A stretch of DNA of 64,000 bases from NCBI GenBank assembly GCA_045837725.1, contig JBEWZL010000027.1:1-64000 (forward strand), given 5' to 3'. Position numbers and translations under genes: made by a program. Source of the DNA: Vermamoeba vermiformis. Its lineage: Eukaryota. Shown in pieces: positions 11,651 through 22,002 of this stretch (within the stretch, counting starts at the first letter, position 1; each line of letters begins with the position of its first letter). The notes under the pieces are model-generated. The model was not told the DNA's origin. It made no database searches and saw only the letters and a list, made by a program, of their open reading frames with translations.

Positions 11651-13300
11651 ATGTCACAAGTATCAATTGACATTCTACCGGAAGACGTATGGCCAGCGAT
11701 TGTTGGGTTTATGGATGACAAATCAAAACGGCAGATGCGGTTGGCCAACACAAAATGGTTTAATTATATTAAATACAACAAATTTACATTATATTTCACC
11801 AAATACGAGCAGCTACCAGCAATTACAGAGCGATTATCAAAATATTCGTGGCCGATCGAACTTACTTTCGATAAAATACAAATAACTGACATGCAAAATG
11901 TTACTAAATATTTATGCAAGCTTACAAACCTCACGAAAATGCACGAGAACAAGTATGCAAATAATTGTATCAGTAGCAACGTAGATCATTGGATGCAGCT
12001 CACAACTTTGACCAATATTGAAAACTGGAGGTTTCAATTTGACAAGTTACCGCTTGAATTATGGAAACACTTCACAAAAATAACAAATTGGACTGTTATG
12101 GGCCATAGAACGGAAGAAGTTGCGCCGATCTTGAAACGGATGGTGAATCTCGAGTGGCTTTTTTACAATTGTAATTCTGTGGCGCCTCCGTTCGTATATT
12201 TAAGTCACCCCGAGAAATTGACCTCGTTGCGGATGTTTTTGAAGAACGGAATGGAAGATTATAAGCAGGAATGGAGTAAATTAACGAACCTTAAAGATCT
12301 GACTTGTCTTGGAAATTCAGGCGTTCAAGCGGATATAGTAGACTTGTCATATTTAACAGCGTTAGAAAAATTCGCGGCCCTTAATATTTATTCAAGTCCG
12401 TCTTTCGAAACAAATACGAATCTGACTTCCTTGTGGCTAACTTGCAATAACTGGTCACCCAGCCACTTACAAACAATAACAAAATTAAAGAAGCTACAAC
12501 ACATATCAATCAATCATAACGCAGCCGAGCAATGCAATTTATTCGCTGGATTGGATCACATCCGAAGACTTGCTTTGAACTCAAACTCATTCGATGACGA
12601 AGCTGCAGCATCGTTACTTTGCATTACGAATTTGACAAATTTGGAAGGATTGGAGTTAGAATGTTCAGTCAGCGATTTTGGCTATTTATCTCAACTTTAT
12701 CAGCTGAAGAATTTAAAAATCAGATCTGCACCTGGAGATATCAAGAATTTAGAGTACATCAGTACGTTAACTGCATTAACGCAACTTGACTTGTTATTAT
12801 GGGCCGACACAAAATTTTCAGCAGACATAGTATCGAATTTAACGAACTTAATAATTTTCCGATCGGTAATGCCGGCGGATGCGATGGATGAACTAAAATA
12901 TTTAACGAATTTGGAGCACTTACAAGTACCACCATTTATTCAACACTACGATTTTCTAAGTCATCTAACAAAATTGACTTGCTTGTCGGCGGATTATAGA
13001 TCTCGCCAACCAAACGATACAAACGAATCATTTTGGAGAAATTTGGTACAATTGACTAATATGCAAGAGATGTATATTGCTATAGACAACGATGCAAGAA
13101 TTAACGAATTAACTGCCTTCAAAAAATTGACGACGCTATCGATCAATGCAGCGCCACGAGAATTTACTGGAATTCATTTTACCGCATTGCAGTCATTACA
13201 AACACTCGTATTTCGTGGCGAAAAATCTCAGTTGATGTACCAAGACTTCAACGAACTTTTGCAACGGATGCCGAATTTGTACTATTACCATGCTTATTAG
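11651..13300 (+). CDS. F-box-like/LRR protein, intronless
   Basis: LPEDVWPAIVGFM F-box-like start and many LTNLxxL repeats in a 549-aa ORF. Confidence 0.85.
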   Translation: MSQVSIDILPEDVWPAIVGFMDDKSKRQMRLANTKWFNYIKYNKFTLYFTKYEQLPAITERLSKYSWPIELTFDKIQITDMQNVTKYLCKLTNLTKMHENKYANNCISSNVDHWMQLTTLTNIENWRFQFDKLPLELWKHFTKITNWTVMGHRTEEVAPILKRMVNLEWLFYNCNSVAPPFVYLSHPEKLTSLRMFLKNGMEDYKQEWSKLTNLKDLTCLGNSGVQADIVDLSYLTALEKFAALNIYSSPSFETNTNLTSLWLTCNNWSPSHLQTITKLKKLQHISINHNAAEQCNLFAGLDHIRRLALNSNSFDDEAAASLLCITNLTNLEGLELECSVSDFGYLSQLYQLKNLKIRSAPGDIKNLEYISTLTALTQLDLLLWADTKFSADIVSNLTNLIIFRSVMPADAMDELKYLTNLEHLQVPPFIQHYDFLSHLTKLTCLSADYRSRQPNDTNESFWRNLVQLTNMQEMYIAIDNDARINELTAFKKLTTLSINAAPREFTGIHFTALQSLQTLVFRGEKSQLMYQDFNELLQRMPNLYYYHAY

Positions 13301-13520
13301 TAAAGTAAATTCTACTAATTTTAGATTGCTCGCAATAAAATTGTTAAACACACTAAGGCTGAAATTTATCGCTAAAAGAAATTATTATATTTAATAAATC
13401 GGAGAATACGATGCGCATACATAGCGCGAATCATTCTCCGTACAATAAATCGCTCACTGCAATTCGATACTGATAGTCGGCATTGCTATCAATATTCTAG
13501 GTTCGACGCTTTTCCTTCAT

Positions 13521-15482
13521 CTACTTGTTCGTTATTTCTTGAGCTGGATAATGCTTCCTTGCCCACGCAATGAAACGATCACGATCGTTGAATCTAGGCT
13601 TAAAATCGCGTGCACACCAATTAGCTCCGAGAGAAAATGTCAGTAAAGATCGTAATTTAAATTTTTGAAAATGAAATTTACCTCCGTTCTTGATCGCGTA
13701 TATTGCGCTAGCAATATTGTCATAAAGCATTGCATCGTAAACAACAGAGTTTCCAAAAGGACCTGTTTAAATCTCATGTGAGGATGTCTTATCTTACTTC
13801 CTGCAATTTGGCTTACATCCGTGTTCATGTGCGTACTGCAACATGTCAACGTGTCTCACAAGATCTTTCATGGCTCCCTTCGGCCAAGGACCTGTCATAT
13901 CTTATTAATAAGCATAATAAGAAAGATCACTGCAAGCACTAACATCCGTGTTCGTGGCCAAACTTCATTAGTTCAAAGTGCTCCTTAGCGATTGCAATCT
14001 TCATGAATTTGTGCCCTAATTTAACTGCGTAGAACTGTTAAACTGTCTATCAATAGGCATCCCTTACGTCCGCAATCCAAAGCAAACTGAGCGACTTCCA
14101 ATGCACCACTTTCCGCTGCAACGTCCGTCACCGAAGGGAGCAACGGACAGCCGTATTTGAACGCAAGTTTCAAGCCTTCAATTTCACATGCCCGTGTCAA
14201 TGCATGGCACACTTGTTTCGACTTGACCCTGGATGATGTCCACGTGAAGCCCTTTGACAGCAAGTACTTGATGGCTTGTTCGTCGCGCTCAAATGCCGCG
14301 GTCTCGAGAATGGACTCGGGTACATGGGCACCGTTCTCAACAGCGTAGACGAGGCACTCAAAGTTGTGAGAGTAAAGTGCACTGATGGTTGTAGCGTCGC
14401 TGAATTGACAACCGTTCTCGTGTGCGTACTTCAAGCATTGGATTGCGCCACGAATCGCTGCTGCATCGCATACTTCACTGGTCCACGAGCAGCCATTCTC
14501 GTGTGCATATTGAAGGCACGAGAGTTGATTGCAACAAGCAGCAGCGAGGCATATCTGTGCGTCCCAACCAAGCCCTGTTAACGAAACAACACGTCAATAA
14601 AAGCGAACGTTACACCGTCATGTTCGTACCTTGTTCATGAACATACTTGAGACACTCAATGCTCGACATTGCTGCATTGACGCATGTTTTTGAGCTCCAA
14701 GGACCGCCGTTCTCGTGGATGTACTTGAGTCGTTCGAGTGAGCCACTCACTGCTGCTGTTTCGGAAGCAATCCTATTCCACGGACACCCGTTCTCGTGCA
14801 GGTAGATCATGCACTCGGTGCTTTTCAACGACGCAATGGCCATCGTTGTTTCGTCCCACTCGCCTGAAGGAACATTAGTACTGAGACTAATCAAGACTCG
14901 TTTTTTTCTAAGGTTACAATAGCACTTACAACCGCATTGACGAGCATACTTCAAGCAATCAAGATGCGCTCCATATGCAGCATTGTCCATCGTGTCCTTG
15001 TCCATCCAATAGCCCCGTTCAATCGCTTCTTTGAGAAGTGACAACCATCCATTCAGCGCCAAATAGCTGCATACCTCTTCTTGACTACACTTTCGAACAA
15101 TGTTGCGTTCTTTTATCTTGACCAATCGTGTGTTACAAGCACGTTGAAGCTCTTTGAGACGCAAGCGAGATTGAGAAGAGGAATGAGATGTTCGGATCTG
15201 ATCACTGCTTCTTTTCTGAGGTACCTCGGGCATAGAACGTCCATAATTACGTCCCATACATCTCCGAGTATCGTCTGTAATAGTTAGTAGTTGTTCTCGA
15301 GACCGCGTAACTGGATGTAACGGCGAAAATAAAACTTTCGATTTGATTTCAAGCTGAATTGCCAACAAATATAAGGTTGGATGATTGAATATAATAGTAT
15401 TGTATTAATGTAACTCTGAAGATTTATTCTCAGCTCTTAGGTTCTTGTAGTCAGTACGTACCAAATCCGTGTTAGTCTCCAT
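13521..15482 (-). CDS. F-box-like + ankyrin-repeat protein of the ENGCPW type, with an apparent frameshift near 15130 (pseudogene or sequencing error)
   Basis: Exon 1 METNTDL. Exon 2 starts TILGDVWDVIMDVL...LNLACVSKSF, then changes frame into repeats such as YLHENGCPW, YIHENGGPW and YAHENGC. Confidence 0.7.
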
Positions 15483-16002
15483 TATTTAAGTTGATCCTGT
15501 CGGCTTGGCTACTAACAAATAGTACTTCTTAAAGTAATCTTCGTAAGCTTAGCTTGACTCGTGGTGTTCAAACGAAGTGGAGACAGAAAAATGGCTAAAT
15601 TTTTAGCGCCACTTTTTGGACTTGTACAACATCCTGTATTTTAAAAATATTAATATTATATTACATTCATATTGGAACTTTGCGATTTGGTTGAAATAAG
15701 GGTTATTATTGACCCAGAAATAAGCGTATTTCCAAAAAGTAATCGAAGAAAGAAATTATCGGTTTGATCCGTACGTCGTTAACTAGGTAATCTCATGGAA
15801 CATCGCCTTATTTAATCGACCTTGATGCTAAGCGCATGGCTTAAGATCACCTGATCCACGGCGCTGAAAATTCCTGCCTGCCTGTCACTTTTCGCCGCGC
15901 GTGTAACAGAAATTGCCTGCTGAACACAATTATTAGAAAATCAATAGGCATATAATTCACCAGCACAAGGCAAGCTAGATTTATTGTATTAATAAACTGG
16001 CA

Positions 16003-17417
16003 ATGACTCGTGTTCGGTTATTCATTACCTTGATGCTGCTGCTGTGCATCTGCGCTGCGTATAGTCAATTCGTATGCGTCAGTGGCGTTAGTAATTGCTT
16101 AAATATACGAGAGGGCCCGAGCAATCGCGCACGAGTGGTAACTTGCGCCAACTTAGGAACCAGATTGGAAGATCTCAGCACGCTGATTGTGGATGATGGA
16201 ATAACCTGGAGAAATATAAGGTAAAATATATTAGTACATCAGGAACAATAAGGCAATTTAGATTTGCTTCGTTCGAGTGAAAAACAAATAATTATTAATT
16301 ATTTGAATGTTGACGTCAATTTCAACGTTTAATAGTATCGTTTTTCTCAGATAATATTCAATTAATAATTTTATTTGAATATTTATATTGCCTTAATAAT
16401 CGATAAGAAGCGATAGCATTTTTTTTGGATTTTGATCGCGGTGGATCTAATTCTCTCTGCTAGATATAATGGACAAGTTGGTTGGGCAGCCAATTTTTAC
16501 CTTAGTCCTTGTGCGACGGCTGGTAATGAGGCTAATTGGACCGTGCTCGCTATTCCATTGACTTCAGATCAACTCAGATGGCTCAATTATACCGCTGTTA
16601 ACGTCGTACCTCGCTTAAAAAGCTACTACAATAATGACGCAGAGCTGGCATTAAATAATACGGCCTATGTTGCTTGGTGGTCCTTGAAGGTAAACAATTA
16701 ATTCTAATTTTTCTGATTGTACGGCTTTAACAAATTAATGCTACGTCAATTCAAGCGTTTTATTATATTGATATATATAAAGTATATTTTGAGTCGTTCA
16801 CATTTTTTGAGCAACAAATTTTTTAACAAGATCTGTTGTAGGAAGGGATCTTCGACACAACGAATCCGTTACGCCATTCAGTCTGCGAGCCGAATTCAGT
16901 CGTAATATCAGATGACTGGGCAGCTACTTGTTCAAGCCCTCGGTTTGGAGCTTGGCGAGTTGGTCTGGCCGGCGTTCAAGCTCCTCGAAATGACGAGGCT
17001 GCAGCACGCAGAACCGATGCCTTGGGCGACACCGCAGTCAAAATGTATCCTGAACTCACTGGCAGAATATTATCTGCATTCGCTACTGAAGCTGGATTAG
17101 CTGGGGCTGCAAGTTCTATTCAAAGCTCAAAAGGAATGGTGCGTGCTTCGTGGCTGCTTCGCGTACCAGGAGTAGGATTTGCCGAACAAGCACCATTCGT
17201 GGCGTTGTTTTGCGTTAATTCAAACACCGTTCACTCGGTAAGCTAAAAAATTAGCGAAGTTTATACCGCATCCGATCTGACTGAAATGATTTAGAGTTGC
17301 TATTCTCGGGCTTGGTACCCATCACTCGCGTACGCTCCAACCGCACAGTCGGTTAGACAAGCAATTGAAGACGTTAGAACCATTTTGAAGGCCTTGGTTG
17401 ATGCATCAAAGTCTTAG
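16003..17417 (+). CDS. Secreted protein with a bacterial SH3b-like domain and an uncharacterised C-terminal domain, 4 exons
   Basis: Signal peptide, then CLNIREGPS...GITWRNIR|YNGQVGWAA (SH3b pattern), then VAWWSLK|EGIF...WRVGLAGVQ. Stop TAG at 17415-17417. Confidence 0.7.
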
Positions 17418-17560
17418 TCGCGTACTGAGGACTTGATCTGAAATCAGTAAAATGTATTATAGTTGAAAAGTGTTTATCAATGCTTACAATATCGCGGAAA
17501 ATATGCTATATAATAATATTACTTTAGTCTATAGTACACGAGGGCGATCCAAGAGACGTA

Positions 17561-18656
17561 TTAAAGAAGATTGCATGATCTACGTCTGTTTGCCTTCTTA
17601 GGCTGTTGAGGATCGTTCTTACGAATATCTTTATAGAAAATTAGTCGATGATTCGATCAAAATAAGCCAAGGTAAGTTCCAGGTAGAAAACGTACCGCGA
17701 ATGAGCGTAATGAAAACCTCCTCTATATTAGTGTTCGACTTTGCAGAGGTTTCAACAAAAGGAATATTCCATGCATTTGCAATAGCCTCGCCTTCCTGAT
17801 AACCAGCAACTCGTTAGATCGCGTTTTTTGTAACGAAATTTCCGCTTACCTCGGTTGTTACTTGTCGTGGTAAATCGATTTTGTTACCAACTAGAATCAT
17901 AGGAAATGATTCTTTTTCTTTTGTTTGCAAAATTGCGGAGTGGAATTCATTCAGTACTAGATTTGTAACGGAATTATTTCAGAATTGATTAAAATCGAAC
18001 TTAATACTTACGATTAAGAGTCTTCTTGTCAGTAACACTGAATACGAGAACGAAACCATCGCCGGCCACTAAATGTTGATCGATGAGACCGCGGAACTCT
18101 TCTTGACCTACGATAAAATCAAATTAGTTACTGCATTAATTAAACAATAAATCAGTGCTATTAGTGATACTATGCGCAAAGTCCGGCTAATGAATGAAGG
18201 TGGAGTGCTTACCAGCAGTGTCCAAGATTTCGAGAATAACGAACCTTGCGTCGACATTCAGCTGCTTTCGATAATTGTTCTCTGTATCGTCATATTAAAC
18301 GGCATATCTTTATTAACGTTATTTTCAAGCGTACCAATTCTGTAAGATAAAATTTATCAGATCACCGACACTGAACGAGACTTTATTAGTGACTTACGTT
18401 GGGTCATAACCAGGCATAAATTGCTTCATACAAAACTAAACAAAATCATGTCAGTCACGCATATCCGAGCCCTCATTCAGCTGTCGATACTTCAAGAACC
18501 AAATCTACAGCCGGTACAATAATTAAATAATAATATCGATAGTCTCGAGCAAACGTGACATTATGAAAAATATATATATGTGCTTACTTGAATAGTAATG
18601 CAGGATTTGCCGACACCTCCGTCACCAAAGAGTACGATCTTGTACTTGTCCGCCAT
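17561..18656 (-). CDS. Ras-subfamily small GTPase, multi-exon (absent from the ORF track)
   Basis: Spliced translation gives MADKYKIVLFGDGGVGKS, YDPTIENNY, DTAGQEE, NKID, ETSAK and the C-terminal CaaX box CNLL. Confidence 0.92.
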
Positions 18657-18973
18657 TGCGTCTGCCTGTTTAATGGGATATTATATTTTGCCTGTGGTGT
18701 TGTCCGTCAAACATTAAGCTATAAATACACTAAGTTGATTCTTGACCTATTCTGGACCTAAGACAAAAAGAGACGAAACACGTGATTTCATTCTTGTCTA
18801 TTTCTGCTGCTCGGGCCCGAAAAAAAGTCGCTTGCGGGAATTAGATATATATAGTGCTGCTACTTGTGTATGATTATTAAAGAAATAAGTGCCCACCTAG
18901 TGCGATGCGAAAATGAGTTTTTTAGATTCGGATCGCGTGCTATCTACAAGTAAAGTTTGAAATGTTAAACATC

Positions 18974-21802
18974 TTATTCAGACTTGGGCTCGTCTTCTTG
19001 GGTACCAGTGGCAGCCTGCTTACGTTCCCAAGGCTAAAAAACACGTTAGTTCCCGAAACAGAATCAGATCGAGGCACGCAGTTCTTACCTTTGGCTTCTT
19101 GCTCAATTCACCCTGAACGTCGAAAGGCTTCTCAGGGTCTTCAGGCTTGTCAACAATATCCGTGCGGACATTAGGAGGAGTCTGGCCGTTTTGAACCATC
19201 TTCACAATATCCATGAAGTTTTGCGAGTAAGGAATGTTTTCAGATCCATCTAGAATAATTGAAACATTTAGTCTCCTTCGTTTATTTACATTAGTATGGT
19301 AGTATTGGGGTGATATATTATATGATATGGTGATACACAGATTTGGAAATAAAGTTCCGATTAGATCTGATCTAAATATCATATTGCATTTGTTTATAGC
19401 CGTCATAAGTACCTGAACTAGTGAAGTTGTTCATATGATTGCCATTGTTCTCGCTATCGTTCAAATTGCTGTTGCTGTTGTTATTGTTGGTGTTCAATGG
19501 GCTGCTCGATGATGGGCTTCCGTTGCTGGATGTGGGTCCAGATCCGTTTTGTTGAGCAGTGCTAGCGTTATTTCCTGAAGTACCCGTTCGTTGCCACTCA
19601 GGGATGGAGGGACCAGTAGAGTTCGTGAGCCAGTCAGGCAATCTCTTTTTATCTGCGTTGGCATTAGCGTTAGGAACAGGCACGGGTGCGCTGCTGCTCT
19701 GTGTTGCACGGAAGTCGAAGATGAGTTTCTCAACCAGGGCATTGTGGGCTCTTTAGCGGCACCAGTGTTGCCTCCAGGTCCGACGTTCGATGATCCATAT
19801 CGATATTGGTCGTACTTGTCTTTGCCGTTAGTGCTCGATCGGTGAAGTTGTTGCTTGAGTCCGTTCATTTCTGATTTGATATCGCCATATTCGTCCAAAA
19901 ATTCAGAGTGGAATTCCTGCACTGAAACTGATGGCAGCATTTTCTATACAAAAAACAAAATATTAAAACTTGGAACTAGATCTCCTTCGGAATCGAATTA
20001 AAAAACAATATAGAGCTATGGGCATATAATAGTTCGTAATTATTAATATATATAAAGAATGCTTTCAGACCAAAAGTTTGAATAGCAAGTTTTAAACGTA
20101 CCTTGATGTAATCAATGTCTCGTCGCAGATCTGACACTTTAGCGCTCTCTTGTCGCTTTTGAAGCTCCATAACTCGCTTCTTATTCTCTTCATTCTCAAC
20201 AGATGTCTCCAAATAAGTCTTCAACACATCCATCGCATCTGGCGCGAGCGATAAAATTAGATTTTGTTCGCTAATTAAAATTTGTATAATAAATATATTT
20301 ACCCTTAACGTCCTTCTCTTGGCTGTTAATCTTTTCAACGACAAATTCCATATTTTGTTTCAATTTTTCGAGCTGATCTTCCTTGTTGATCTGTGGCTTG
20401 CCAAAGAATCGTCTCCAGAGGCGCTAAACAATGCAACATTATTATCTTCATCGAGTATATAATATTCATTATCAAGACATCGCTATGAGACGCATTTTAT
20501 ACGAGATCTACTTACGCGCAAGAAGTACACGAGAGCGTTGCCAAGACCAGTGCATAATAGAGCTACGAATACAATAGTCTTCCATGGCGTAACGACTTGG
20601 ATCTGTTGTGGAGGAGGTGGTGGCAATTGAGGTGGAGGAGCTATTATTAAAAAAAAACGACTTAGAAGTAGCGAGTTACAACTTATTTTATTTTTTTTTT
20701 TTTTTTTTTCCTTGTTTTTTTTTTTTTTTTTTTTCTTTAATTTGTTTCGTTACAAAAGCGGATCTGACGCAAAAAAAATTATTGAAACAAATAAGACTTA
20801 CCGTATGGGCCTGGTTGTTGATATCTAACCATAGTGTTAGGTTGTTGATAGGCTTGTTGTTGGTATTGTTGTTGAGCTACAGGACGAGCGGCTGATTGAG
20901 CTTGACCGCCACGAGAAGCGGCTAGAAAAAATAATTAGAATATTAGTAAATCATCTTTAATCGATAATAATGAGATTATTTATAAGATGGCATTATAATT
21001 TTAATATAGAGGTGATTAATTGATTTGAATTCGAGCGGGAGACGGAAACGAAAAAAAGAACTGCTTCAAAAAAATTGAAGAATTTCCAATTTGCCTTAAA
21101 TAAAGGATATTATTGATATTATTAATAATTAAGGCGGTATTATTATTATTGATAATTAAAGAAAAAGATCTCGTTATCTTTTTTCAACTTACGTGTTTGA
21201 CCGGCTCTAATCATAGCCTCGTCGATTTCCGCGTCAGTAAGGCCTTTAAATTGCAAGAATTTTCGTTTGCGGTCTTCAGGTGAATTGACGACACGCGGAT
21301 TTGTCAAGAAAGGGATCGCGTTGGCGATCAAGTCCTCCCGCAATTGGGCAGGTTGAGCGTCATATTCAGGGGCAGCATATTGTTGAGCGGGAGCTTGTTG
21401 AGCTAAAGGCTTAACCACCGGCAAGCCCTAATGATTTGTCAGCATTTATTGCTCCATCAGCAAAAAAAATACTTAATTTCGAATTTTAATGCGATATTGG
21501 CTTATTTGCACGCGCATAAATTTAATTATATTATCTGTGATATATTTTAATTGGGAAAATAACGTGTTCTTTTCGGGATGTGGCATATTTACCTCTTTAG
21601 TTTTCAATCCAGTTTCAACACTCGATTTTTGTCTTAATTCTTCGCGCCTCTTTTGGACTTGCTCTTTGCGCTTCAATTTTTCGAGCTCAACGCGTCGGCG
21701 CACTTCGGCTTCTTCCTCAGCAGTCAGATTTTCTCCCTGATCTGCATCCCCTTCAGCCGGATTCATATTATTGTTTAACGAATCGTCGTAAGGGTCAGTC
21801 AT
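18974..21802 (-). CDS. PEX14: Peroxisomal docking protein PEX14 with a C-terminal KPWE domain
   Basis: Pex14_N domain LREDLIANAIPFLTNPRVVNSPEDRKRKFLQFKGLTDAEIDEAM, a single TM segment at about 20520-20590, a coiled coil, and C-terminal FMDIVKMVQNGQTPPNVR...KPK|PWE. Confidence 0.88.
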
Positions 21803-22002
21803 TTTGGCTGTGCTGTTCGTTAAGTAAAAATGGACGATAAAGACCGAAAAAAACTGTTCGGTAAGCAACAAGATCCCAAGCCAACCTAAAATTGATAAAT
21901 CGTCAAAAAGTGCGACGAGTGGCGTGGGTTCGTGTATTTTACCTCATTACGTAGCGTACAACTACCCCTTTGTATATTTTTGTTTATTAGTATATTTTCA
22001 GA

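Noticed and set aside
20690-20737. Long poly-T tract (poly-A on the PEX14 sense strand)
   Set aside because: It lies inside a PEX14 intron with no TSD or retroelement body, so it is a simple low-complexity tract. ORF 20608-20895 that crosses it is spurious.
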